From Thermodesulfobacteriota bacterium (lineage in GTDB: Bacteria; Desulfobacterota_D; UBA1144; Nemesobacterales; UBA2774): a DNA stretch of 64,000 bases. The stretch spans positions 192,001 through 256,000 of the forward strand of contig OY729416.1 in assembly GCA_963422265.1 (NCBI GenBank). Reading direction: 5' to 3'. A model generated the notes under the pieces. That model did not search any database. It was not told the origin of the DNA and saw nothing but the letters and a program-made list of their open reading frames with translations. This document shows, piece by piece, positions 43,299 to 53,322 of the stretch; the stretch's first letter is position 1; every line of letters begins with the position of its first letter. A program made the translations under genes and the position numbers.

Positions 43299-44465
43299 TT
43301 ACACGAAGACTTGACTAAAGGGATCGGCGTGAGTCTTATCGCTGGCAAAGGGGTCAATCTTTTTCTTATCCGTTCTCTCTATTCTTATAACGCCGTTTTT
43401 CCTACTGGTCGCAATGAATTGGGATCCGCTGGTCTCACCTGAAATTTTTTGCAGTATTCGAGGATAATTTTTTGAACCAATAAATATAGAATGGATACAT
43501 ACCCCTAGCTTTTTGGCCCTTGTTCTTTCCGCTGTTACGCTACAGTCTCCAGACGTAGGTATGCCATCTGTAATTAAGAGTATGTGTTTGTTCCTAAGTC
43601 CTCTTCCTCTAAATTCGGAAAGCGCATCCTTGAGCGCGTCTTCATAGTTTGTGTTCCCAGAGCATTCGGTTTTGGAGGCTTCCTCTAGCATCCATTTATA
43701 ATCTCTGGTAAAGAACTTAGAATTTTTTCTATGTTTATAGGATCGGTGATTGAACTCAACGTATCCTACTCTCATTCTTTTAGATCTTGCTAGCTCTACA
43801 ACTCCCTTTACTACCGAAGAAGACCATTCGCTATACACTCCCATCATAGAGGTGCTTACGTCCCTTAGTATAGCGATCTCGCCTCCCATCGTTTCTTTCT
43901 CTCGCTTGTGAACTCTGGGAAGCGATGGAGTGGTATGCTCTGACCAGAAGGTCGCCTCAAACGGATCCACGTCCTCAATCTCATCAAAATGTCTCATTCG
44001 TTTCCAGGTTCTGGGCATACCGCCCGGGTGCGGTGCCCTTAACGCTATACTTTTCTGAAAGTTGCCCTCCAGGACTTTCATTATGATTTTTACATTATCG
44101 GCGGAGTCTAAATTCTTTCTCCCGCTTATCCAGTAGTCTTCTTCATCGCCTGGATCAGGAGACTTGCTTGCAAACACTTTGCTTGATTTAGGTGGTTCCC
44201 TATCGTCCTTCCTGCCAAGGTCATCGCTCAGTTGCCCAGTAGGATCAGAAGGAATATTCTGATCATCTGGAGGGGACATGTCGCTTTCATTCTGTATATT
44301 TTCTTTAAGTTCTTTTAACGCCTGAAAGAAGGTCTTTCTGGCTTCAGAGAGTTGGTCTTGAGGGGATTCTGATTTTTTAGTTGCTTCGTCGTCGGGTATT
44401 TCTTGGGTTTCCTCGCCTGGTGTATCCTGCTCAAATTCTGACTGTGATTCTTCTAGGTTACGGTC
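43299..44465 (-). CDS. Acidic linker plus vWA (MIDAS) domain, ViaA-like; frame probably entered by a -1 shift from the upstream ATPase
   Basis: MIDAS residues DVSTS, GNTN, ITDG. The frame is open for 62 codons upstream of ATG 44279, back to the A10 run, with no start codon. Confidence 0.8.
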   Translation of the reverse strand, partial: DRNLEESQSEFEQDTPGEETQEIPDDEATKKSESPQDQLSEARKTFFQALKELKENIQNESDMSPPDDQNIPSDPTGQLSDDLGRKDDREPPKSSKVFASKSPDPGDEEDYWISGRKNLDSADNVKIIMKVLEGNFQKSIALRAPHPGGMPRTWKRMRHFDEIEDVDPFEATFWSEHTTPSLPRVHKREKETMGGEIAILRDVSTSMMGVYSEWSSSVVKGVVELARSKRMRVGYVEFNHRSYKHRKNSKFFTRDYKWMLEEASKTECSGNTNYEDALKDALSEFRGRGLRNKHILLITDGIPTSGDCSVTAERTRAKKLGVCIHSIFIGSKNYPRILQKISGETSGSQFIATSRKNGVIRIERTDKKKIDPFASDKTHADPFSQVFV

Positions 44466-45406
44466 TTTTTTTTTTGAGGGGAAGTGACGTCTTCAAGTAT
44501 TTTGTCCATTTGCATGAGCACCTCTTCGGGGATACGAAAGGCGGTCATATATTTAAGCGCTTTCAGATCCTCGGTTGTGCAGTGCTTCCTATTATGCAGT
44601 AGCGCGTGCGCCCTTATTATTTTAAGCGACTTAACAAAGAACGTTCTGTCAGATATAAGAGAGTTTGTCTCGTTGCATCCGTAGTTTTCTATTAGCGTCG
44701 TTACGAAATTGGCTAATCCCTCCTGCACCTCAAGGGGCATCTCTACGCTACCGAGCTTTTCATAATACTCATCAAAGACTTCTTTGCTTACCCTCGCAGG
44801 CACGTCATATTCACCAGATCTTTTGCTGTAGAGCTTTATTACCTCTTTCGCTTCCTCCCATTTCCTTCCGTAAGAGAGCCCCTGAGCATTTATTTGAATG
44901 ATAAATCTATCCAGATTCGCAGGATCTAAAGGCTCGTTATAGTATTCATCCGCAGTTGGGTTACTAGTAGCTATGGCTGTAAGCAAGGGTATGTTCTCGT
45001 CAAAAAACTTCCTTTCATTAAGAATTCTAAGCAGCACGTTAAGCGATTCGCCCGGCGCGCGGGAGATGTCGTCCAAGAGGCAAATTTCAGACGTTAGGAT
45101 GCCACCCTTGACTATTTTTTGCTTAATTACTTCTCCGTTATCCGTAGTCTCTTTAGAGATTACTAGGTCTCCTATTAGCTCCGAGAGTCTCGTGTCTCTG
45201 TGTAGTTGGTAGAAGAAGAAGCCAAGCCGAGCTGCCCCCGATATGATTTCCGCGAGCATGGTTTTAGCCGTGCCAGGAGGACCCTCAATGTATATGTGCT
45301 CTCTAGCTATTACACCTAAAAGAAGGGATATTTTTACTTCCTCGTGTCCTACTACTAGCTTGTCCATTTCTTCTTTTAGGGCTACGAATGGATTATCTGC
45401 ACTCAT
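44453..45406 (-). CDS. RavA/MoxR-family AAA+ ATPase
   Basis: GPPGTAKT, ICLLDDI (Walker B), LNVLLRILNERKF, IATSN, LDPANLDRF, ISDR lid motif. Confidence 0.88.
   Translation of the reverse strand: MSADNPFVALKEEMDKLVVGHEEVKISLLLGVIAREHIYIEGPPGTAKTMLAEIISGAARLGFFFYQLHRDTRLSELIGDLVISKETTDNGEVIKQKIVKGGILTSEICLLDDISRAPGESLNVLLRILNERKFFDENIPLLTAIATSNPTADEYYNEPLDPANLDRFIIQINAQGLSYGRKWEEAKEVIKLYSKRSGEYDVPARVSKEVFDEYYEKLGSVEMPLEVQEGLANFVTTLIENYGCNETNSLISDRTFFVKSLKIIRAHALLHNRKHCTTEDLKALKYMTAFRIPEEVLMQMDKILEDVTSPQKKKTVT
44465..44475 (-). other. Candidate -1 frameshift / transcriptional slippage site (A10G; A_AAA_AAG in phase)
   Basis: The minus strand reads CCT CAA AAA AAA AAG ACC GTA ACC TAG. The -1 frame continues GAC CGT AAC into the vWA ORF. 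Confidence 0.7.
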
Positions 45407-45801
45407 TGTCTTACCTTGCCTCCATTTAGTTCTATTTCAATAAAAAGCAATTCTACATAAAGCTTTATTTTTTTGCAATTTTCTGCGATTATGGCATTAA
45501 GATTATAACTCCTTCTTCTTCACACAAGATATACATTATCCTTAGTAGAGGAAACGGGCAGAGGAAATGGTCTTGAGGCAGGTGCATTGGCAATGTTGAG
45601 GTTTCTTAATCCCGTTATTGCTTCGCCTTACAATGTTGAGACGGATAGGTTAGTTTGACATAATTATCACTTTAGTATTATTTATTAAAGCTAGAGTTAA
45701 AAGATATAAAGTAGGTAAAATTAAAGTGAGTAAATATAGCGAGTAAATCGAGTAAATATAGAGTAGGAAGACTTAGTAAAGCAACTTCAGTAGAGATAAC
45801 C

Positions 45802-46176
45802 ATGATATTAGTGATTTCTCTCTGTTATCCGACTCTATCCTATGGGGAATCTACAATCGGGGATGAGAAGAGTTTAGAAACAAGAGTAGGAATTATAGAA
45901 ACTAAAATTGTAGATATAGAACAAAGGCTAGATAATATATAAGTGAGTATGGGGGGAATAAGGAGTGATGTGTCTGATCTTAAAGTAGGACAAGCAGAGA
46001 TAAAGACGACGATGAAGATGTTGTTGACAATTCTAAGCGTTGTTGGCGGTGCGATAGTAGCTGGAATAGCTGGGTGGTTGATAAAGCAATTGCCTAGCAA
46101 TGCGAAGGTTCAAGCTTCTTATGCAGTAGACAAAGAAGATGCTAGATCAGTATCTTCTTTTGCTTCCCATCTTTAA
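45802..46176 (+). pseudogene. Small coiled-coil plus C-terminal TM protein interrupted by in-frame TAA (45940-45942)
   Basis: The heptad pattern LETRVGIIETKIVDIEQRLDNI*VSMGGIRSDVSDLKVGQAEIK continues across the stop. Confidence 0.5.
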
Positions 46177-46256
46177 GGGCAATCTATATTAAGTTCAATA
46201 CGTTGTGAGAGTGCTGTAAAAAAAACAGAGACGATAGTTTCTAGGTGTAGGCAGAA

Positions 46257-47612
46257 ATGCAAGAGCAAATCACCAACCTCCTTTCTCTAGCTAGCGGTTT
46301 CGTTTGGGGCGCTCCTCTAATAGTTCTACTTCTCGGCACCGGTATATACCTTACTATAGTATTGAGAGGCATACAGTTTCGCGCTTTGGTGCCTGCGCTG
46401 TATCTCGCTTTAATAAGGAGAAAAGAGAGAGGAGAGGCTCAGGGCGATATCTCACAGTTTCAAGCTCTGATGACTGCGCTTTCGGCGACCGTGGGGGTTG
46501 GCAATATAGCAGGGGTTGCTACCGCAATTGCCGTAGGTGGTCCGGGGGCGCTGTTCTGGATGTGGGTTACCGGGCTTTTGGGGATGGCGACTAAGTATTC
46601 AGAGGCTGTCCTAGCCGTTAAGTACAGAGAGGTTGATAGTCTCGGTGCTATGAGCGGTGGCCCTATGCACTACATATCTAAAGGGCTTGGATTCAAGTGG
46701 CTAGGCATGCTTTTCGCTGTATTTGCGTCAATTGCGGCTTTGGGTATCGGCAACATGGTCCAGTCAAACTCGGTCGCCGACGCTCTCGGGGCGGCGTTTG
46801 GGATTCCTTTCTGGTTTACTGGCGTTCTATTATCCATTACTACGGGGCTTGTGATAATCGGTGGCATAAAGAGGATAGCTAGGGTTACAAGCGCGATAGT
46901 ACCCATAATGATAGTTTTTTATTTGATAGGTGCGATACTAACCCTAATTGCTTACCATGAGAACGTTCCGAATGCGTTCTATTTAATTTTCCACCACGCT
47001 TTTTCTCCTACCGCTGCCGCGGGTGGATTCATCGGTGCTACTATTAGTCAGACCTTACGTATGGGGGTAGCGCGCGGTATATTTTCAAATGAATCTGGGC
47101 TTGGAAGTTCCCCTATTGCGGCTGCCGCCGCCAAGACGAATAACCCAGTTGGACAGGCTCTCGTGTCCATGGTACAGACTTTTATTGATACAATCTTCGT
47201 CTGCACCTTTACGGGGCTTGTTATTATATCAAGCGGGGCGTGGACGACTGGCGAGACGGGAGCGGCGCTTTCAGCGCTAGCTTTTGAAGGTGGGATGCCT
47301 ATGCGGTTGGGGGCTGACGTTGTAGCTATTAGTCTCGCTTTCTTCGCGTATTCTACAGTGCTCGGATGGAGTTATTATGGTGAGAAGTGTATAGAGTATA
47401 TCTTCAGAGAGCGTGCCGTGGTGCCTTATAGAGTCATATTTACAGTTGTGCTGTTTGTCGGAGCAGTCATAAAACTCAACCTGGTCTGGGCCTTCGCCGA
47501 CGTGATGAACGGACTCATGGCCTTTCCTAATCTGGTGGGACTTTTAGGTCTTTCGGGGGTCGTGGTGGAAGAGACGAAGAAGTATTTAAGCCTAGAAATC
47601 TCGAGAGCTTGA
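46257..47612 (+). CDS. Sodium:alanine/glycine symporter (AGCS/AlsT family)
   Basis: [44 protein letters not shown]. Confidence 0.95.
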   Translation: MQEQITNLLSLASGFVWGAPLIVLLLGTGIYLTIVLRGIQFRALVPALYLALIRRKERGEAQGDISQFQALMTALSATVGVGNIAGVATAIAVGGPGALFWMWVTGLLGMATKYSEAVLAVKYREVDSLGAMSGGPMHYISKGLGFKWLGMLFAVFASIAALGIGNMVQSNSVADALGAAFGIPFWFTGVLLSITTGLVIIGGIKRIARVTSAIVPIMIVFYLIGAILTLIAYHENVPNAFYLIFHHAFSPTAAAGGFIGATISQTLRMGVARGIFSNESGLGSSPIAAAAAKTNNPVGQALVSMVQTFIDTIFVCTFTGLVIISSGAWTTGETGAALSALAFEGGMPMRLGADVVAISLAFFAYSTVLGWSYYGEKCIEYIFRERAVVPYRVIFTVVLFVGAVIKLNLVWAFADVMNGLMAFPNLVGLLGLSGVVVEETKKYLSLEISRA

Positions 47613-47616
47613 CCTT

Positions 47617-47668
47617 CACCTGAATCTAAGAGAGCTGTCTGGCACCTGAATCTAAGAGAGCTGTCTGG
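47617..47668. repeat. Perfect 26-bp tandem duplication
   Basis: CACCTGAATCTAAGAGAGCTGTCTGG x2. Confidence 0.9.
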
Positions 47669-47693
47669 GATCAAAAACAAATAGGAATTGTGC

Positions 47694-49928
47694 ATGATTC
47701 AGCGTCTGAACGTTACGGATATGAGCTGTGCTAGTTGTGTTGAAACGGTTGATAAAGCTCTTAGATCAGTTCAAGGGGTTTTAGAAGTGCGCGTCAATTT
47801 TGTTGACGGCACGGCGACCGTTGAAGGTTCAGTATCATATGAACGTCTTATTAGGGCTGTTAGGGATGCTGGATATAAAGCTTCATTAATACCCGATAGC
47901 GCATACGATTACGATACGGAAAGGACCAAAAGCGAGAATTACAGATGTGACCTAAAGCGGACTATAATATCCGGAGCCATAAGTCTTTTAGTGCTAATAG
48001 TGAGCGTATTTGGCTTACTGCCGAGTACAGAGTCTATATCAGGGAGGGTGTCCTGGGGAATAGTTTCATTGTTGACCTTATTTGTGTTGACTTACGGCGG
48101 CGGCCGCTTTTTTAGTGGAGCCTATAGGGCATTTAGGAATCACAATGCTAATATGGATACCCTGGTTGCGATTGCGACAGGGGTCGCATGGGTCTATTCG
48201 AGTTTCGTCATTCTGTTTCCAAATGCGTTTCCCGAATTAGAGCGACATTTACCCGATCGCAGTCGGGGGTATATTTATTTTGATACGGCTGCTTTAATAA
48301 TAGCTTTTGTTAACTTAGGTTCGGTGCTTGAGACGCGAGCAAAACAGAAGGCATCTCAGTTAATTAAGCACCTTATCGGTCTTCGGCCCAAGACGGCAAG
48401 GGTTCTAAGAAATGGTGAAGAGAAGGATATACCAATAGAGCAATTAAAGTTGGGAGAAGTTGTGCGCGTTCGACCTGGAGAGAAGCTGCCAATTGACGGT
48501 GAAATAATTGAGGGCGCTTCTTACGTGGATGAATCTATAGTTACAGGGGAGCCGATGCTGATTGAAAAGGGTGTAGGAGATGAGGTGGTCAGCGGCGCGA
48601 TCAACAAGTCGGGCAGCTTTTTATTCAGGGTTACCCGTGTGGGAAAAGAGACGACCCTTGCGCGGATTGTAGATATGGTAAGGAGGGCTCAGAATGCAAA
48701 GCCCCCTATAGGAAAGCTTGCGGATAGAGTCTCGTCAGTATTTGTTCCTTCCGTATTGGTAATTGCCGTTATCACTCTTATCGCTTGGTTTATTTACGGT
48801 CCTGAGCCCCGCGTTACCTTTATGCTGATAACTTCAACGTCTGTTTTAATAATAGCCTGTCCCTGCGCTCTGGGGCTAGCGACCCCTATCTCAATTATGG
48901 TTGGGGTTGGCAAAGCCGCTGAATATGGAGTTCTCATACGCCGCGGCGACGCCCTCCAACAGATGGGAGAATTGACTACGGTGGTTATAGATAAAACCGG
49001 GACGATAACTGAGGGTAAGCCCCAGCTTACGGTTGTAGAAACGGCGTTAAACTGGTCTCAGGATGATTTATTAAAAGTAGCTGCAAGCGTAGAGCGTAGT
49101 TCAGAGCATCCTCTTGCCGAGGCGATTGTAGGCGCTGCCAAGGAGAGAAATTTTGAACTAAGAAGTCCGGAATCGTTTGAGTCCCTTTCCGGCCATGGAG
49201 TTATTGCTAAGCTTAACGGGCGGGACGTTTTAATCGGTAATGAAAGGCTAATGGATAGTTATGGCGTCGATTTGACAGGGCTAACTCAAAAGTCGCAAGT
49301 CTTATCTAAGGTTGGACAAATCATTGTATTCGTAGCCGTAAATAATAACCTGGTGGGGATATTGGGTATATCCGATCTTGTAAAGGCTGACTCATACGAG
49401 GCAATCAATAGACTTAGGGAAGCTGGGATTAAGGTGGTTATGCTAACGGGAGATAGTTATGCGACTGCAAAAGCCATAGCTGCACGGGTTGGCGTAAATG
49501 ACTTTATTGCCGAGGCGTTACCTGAAGATAAGGCTTATGAAATTTCTAGGCTACGCTCAAAGGGCGAAAGGGTCGCCATGGTCGGTGATGGTATAAACGA
49601 TGCGCCTGCACTTGCCGAAGCTGACGTAGGCTTTTCAATGGGGGTAGGGGCAGACGTTGCGATCGAGAGCGCTGGTGTAACGCTTACTGGGTCATCCCTA
49701 CATGGCGTTGCTGATGCAATGAGCATATCAAAGGCGACTTTAAGAAATATTAAACAGAACCTTATCGGTGCGTTCGCTTATAACTCCTTCGCTATACCCA
49801 TAGCCGCAGGCGTACTATTTCCATTTGCGGGGTTACTATTGAATCCTGCCATAGCGGGCGCCGCTATGGCTTTGTCATCCGTAACGGTAGCAATGAATGC
49901 CAATCGTTTGAGGCGGTTTCAACCCTAG
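47694..49928 (+). CDS. copA: Copper-translocating P1B-type ATPase
   Basis: HMA CASC, CPC, DKTGT, SEHP, GDGIND, YN and MALSS Cu(I) motifs. Confidence 0.93.
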   Translation: MIQRLNVTDMSCASCVETVDKALRSVQGVLEVRVNFVDGTATVEGSVSYERLIRAVRDAGYKASLIPDSAYDYDTERTKSENYRCDLKRTIISGAISLLVLIVSVFGLLPSTESISGRVSWGIVSLLTLFVLTYGGGRFFSGAYRAFRNHNANMDTLVAIATGVAWVYSSFVILFPNAFPELERHLPDRSRGYIYFDTAALIIAFVNLGSVLETRAKQKASQLIKHLIGLRPKTARVLRNGEEKDIPIEQLKLGEVVRVRPGEKLPIDGEIIEGASYVDESIVTGEPMLIEKGVGDEVVSGAINKSGSFLFRVTRVGKETTLARIVDMVRRAQNAKPPIGKLADRVSSVFVPSVLVIAVITLIAWFIYGPEPRVTFMLITSTSVLIIACPCALGLATPISIMVGVGKAAEYGVLIRRGDALQQMGELTTVVIDKTGTITEGKPQLTVVETALNWSQDDLLKVAASVERSSEHPLAEAIVGAAKERNFELRSPESFESLSGHGVIAKLNGRDVLIGNERLMDSYGVDLTGLTQKSQVLSKVGQIIVFVAVNNNLVGILGISDLVKADSYEAINRLREAGIKVVMLTGDSYATAKAIAARVGVNDFIAEALPEDKAYEISRLRSKGERVAMVGDGINDAPALAEADVGFSMGVGADVAIESAGVTLTGSSLHGVADAMSISKATLRNIKQNLIGAFAYNSFAIPIAAGVLFPFAGLLLNPAIAGAAMALSSVTVAMNANRLRRFQP

Positions 49929-50064
49929 TTTACGGGCATGATAAGTGCCAATGCACAACAATTCTGTAGGCATTAGCTCTTATCAATGCGCTGGCTTTGA
50001 AACGAGAGAAAAGCTTGTCCAGAATTATTCTTGAGAACTTCTAAGGAAGGAGTTCTACAAATAT

Positions 50065-50268
50065 TTACTGAGCAACCTTATTAACTTTACTTGCCTGGAG
50101 TCCCTTTGGACCCTCGACTACTTCAAACTCTACTTCATCGCCTTCGGCTAAGGTTCTAAAACCGTCGCCTTCAATAGAACTGTAGTGGACGAATACGTCC
50201 TTACCACTATCCTGCTCAATGAATCCGAATCCCTTGGACTCGTTAAACCATTTTACTTTACCTTTCAA
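50065..50268 (-). CDS. Cold-shock protein
   Basis: [26 protein letters not shown] start after GGAGG. Confidence 0.95.
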   Translation of the reverse strand: MKGKVKWFNESKGFGFIEQDSGKDVFVHYSSIEGDGFRTLAEGDEVEFEVVEGPKGLQASKVNKVAQ

Positions 50269-50329
50269 CCTAATTCCTCCAAAAAAGTATTTTAGTAAAT
50301 AATACATGCTATTTTTTGCTTAGTCAATA

Positions 50330-50363
50330 TAAAATGTAATTATTGATAAAATGTAATTATTGA
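50330..50363. repeat. Perfect 17-bp tandem duplication in the divergent csp/tpx promoter region
   Basis: TAAAATGTAATTATTGA x2. Confidence 0.85.
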
Positions 50364-50413
50364 GATTTTATCTAAAATTCATTTAAGTCAGAACGTTAGA
50401 GAATTACGACTAT

Positions 50414-50442
50414 TTGACATTGAGTATAGCCTAGGATTTAAT
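50414..50442 (+). promoter_or_regulatory. Candidate sigma70 promoter for tpx
   Basis: TTGACA-17 bp-TTTAAT. Confidence 0.5.
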
Positions 50443-50493
50443 GATAGTCTATTAAGTCTATAAAGTTAAGAAAGTTAAGGAGGTATTAAAAGC

Positions 50494-51012
50494 ATGGCTG
50501 AAGAAAGATCGGGAATAGTAAAACTTAAGGGGAATCCGTTGACCCTTGTAGGTCCAGAGATAAAGGTTGGGGATGCTGCCCCTGATTTTTCAGCTTTGGA
50601 ATCTCTAGGCTCACCCGTAAGCCTGAGCGACTTAGAAGGGAGAGTCAAAATCTTTAACGTGGTAGTTTCCGTGGATACGCCGGTTTGCGCTGTTCAAACA
50701 AAGAAGTTTAACCAGGAAGCTGCGAGTCTAGGTGAGGGAGTCGAAATTCTTACGATGAGTATGGATCTGCCTTTTGCGATGAGCCGCTATTGCGCCGCCG
50801 AAGGAATTGACAGGGTGAGAAACCTGTCGGACTATAAAGAAGCGTCCTTTGGTGAGGCGTATGGTGTCCTTATTAAAGAGCATCGTCTATTAGCGAGGGC
50901 AGTATTCATAGTTGATAAACACAACGTTGTAAAGCACGTAGAATACGTAAGCGAGGTAGCTCAAGAACCCGATTACGAGGCGGCTATGGAAGCTGTGAGA
51001 GCCTCTCTTTAG
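50494..51012 (+). CDS. tpx: Thiol peroxidase
   Basis: SVDTPVC, SMDLPFA..RYC, LLARAVF, EPDYEAA; RBS AAGGAGG. Confidence 0.95.
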   Translation: MAEERSGIVKLKGNPLTLVGPEIKVGDAAPDFSALESLGSPVSLSDLEGRVKIFNVVVSVDTPVCAVQTKKFNQEAASLGEGVEILTMSMDLPFAMSRYCAAEGIDRVRNLSDYKEASFGEAYGVLIKEHRLLARAVFIVDKHNVVKHVEYVSEVAQEPDYEAAMEAVRASL

Positions 51013-51199
51013 ACGAGACGCATCTACGTAAGAAACGGTTATCCCTGTAAAGTTACTCTTAACGGTTACGAAACGGCTAAGATAGAGAGAATGAGAAAGT
51101 ATTTGCCTGTTGTGTGGAAGGGAGCAAAGTGGAGTCAGTGGGATAACGCAGTAGAAAACATGGAGACTTTGAGGAGACTTTGACATGAGGATAGGAAGC

Positions 51200-51664
51200 A
51201 TGATCAACAAACTATTGAATAAAGAGGGCGAGGTTGAAACAAATGAGGTTGAAACAAATAGTGAACCTAGCTCCATCGGTAAGGCTACAGTAGATAGTAG
51301 TTCTCTAACCCCCCGAGGTGGAGTGATGAGTCAGAATTTTGATAATGCGGAAGCCTCAGTAGTGAAGGTTACGGAGGAGCAGGTGCTTGAAGTTTTAAGT
51401 GAAGTGTACGACCCCGAGATTCCCATAGACATAGTTAGCCTGGGGCTGATCTACGGCGTTGAGATTAAAGGTGGAAACGTGCTGATTAAAATGACTATGA
51501 CCGCGCCCGGTTGTCCTGCTTCCACTCAGATAGCAGGCGAATCGAAACTACTCTTAGAGAATCTTCCAGGAGTAGAATCGGCGGAGATAGAGATCGTATG
51601 GGACCCGCCGTGGGATCCTAGCAAGATGAGCGAAGAAGCACGGAGCAGTATGGGCATATTCTAG
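51200..51664 (+). CDS. DUF59/SufT-like Fe-S cluster assembly protein (start uncertain)
   Basis: VYDPEIPIDIVSLGLIY, MTMTAPGCP, VWDPPWDPSKMSEEAR. Confidence 0.88.
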   Translation: MINKLLNKEGEVETNEVETNSEPSSIGKATVDSSSLTPRGGVMSQNFDNAEASVVKVTEEQVLEVLSEVYDPEIPIDIVSLGLIYGVEIKGGNVLIKMTMTAPGCPASTQIAGESKLLLENLPGVESAEIEIVWDPPWDPSKMSEEARSSMGIF

Positions 51665-52480
<816 letters not shown>

Positions 52481-52556
52481 GGGTTGGCTAGTCTAATTTA
52501 AGTGTTTATTACTTTAGGCATCTACAATGTTGGGGCAATATTTGTTGTAGATAAGC

Positions 52557-52584
52557 TTGACAGATTTCTTTGACGTGATATAAA
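52557..52584 (+). promoter_or_regulatory. Candidate sigma70 promoter of the ACIII operon
   Basis: TTGACA, a 16-bp spacer and an extended -10 TGnTATAAA. Confidence 0.5.
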
Positions 52585-52743
52585 TAGTGAGGTCTTTAGA
52601 AAGTTTAAACCTAAACTTTCTAGACAGCGGCGCATCTGCTGAGTGCGCTTCAGGAGTCGTGCTAGACTTGTAGCGCTAGACTTAACGTTAGAAAGCGCCT
52701 TCGGCTCTTTAGGACAGGAAATAAGACGGAAAAAGATAAAGTA

Positions 52744-53310
52744 ATGAAAAAACGTATCAGGCTTCTCTCGGCAGTGGTATTGGTTCTGTCTATTATTTTA
52801 GGTTCTTATTTTTATAATGCCGAAAGCAGCGATAAGGGTCCAGTTCAACCCATAAGGTTTAGTCATAAAATACATGCTCAGGAGGACCAAATCCCCTGCG
52901 AGTACTGCCACAGTTTTGTGGACGTCTCTCCTAATCCCGGGATACCTTCATTAAAGAAGTGTATGGGGTGTCATCAACATATAGTAGGGCGGGATGTTGA
53001 GTATGATTTTGACGGCGCAAAAATAAACATTAGGCAAGAGATAAGTAAAGTAAGACAACACTGGGATAAAAAAGAGCCTATTCCTTGGATCAAGGTTAAC
53101 TCCATGCCGGATTACGTTCATTTTACTCATAAACGTCATATAAAACGAGGTATAGAGTGCTCACAGTGTCACGGGGACGTTGCCAGCATGGATCAGGTGC
53201 ATAAAGTTCACAGACTCAATATGGGTTTCTGTATTCAATGTCATACTAAGAATGCGAAGGACGAGGAAGAGCTTGCCCGCCTAAAGGATTGCCTGACCTG
53301 TCATTATTAA
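52744..53310 (+). CDS. actA: Alternative complex III pentaheme cytochrome c subunit
   Basis: N-terminal TM, QPIRFSHKIH, five CxxCH motifs. Confidence 0.9.
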   Translation: MKKRIRLLSAVVLVLSIILGSYFYNAESSDKGPVQPIRFSHKIHAQEDQIPCEYCHSFVDVSPNPGIPSLKKCMGCHQHIVGRDVEYDFDGAKINIRQEISKVRQHWDKKEPIPWIKVNSMPDYVHFTHKRHIKRGIECSQCHGDVASMDQVHKVHRLNMGFCIQCHTKNAKDEEELARLKDCLTCHY

Positions 53311-53322
53311 TCGGAGGATAGA

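Noticed and set aside
47617-47668. 26-bp direct repeat as a mini CRISPR array
   Set aside because: The two copies are directly adjacent with no spacer and there are no cas genes. No repeat-spacer array was seen anywhere in the window.
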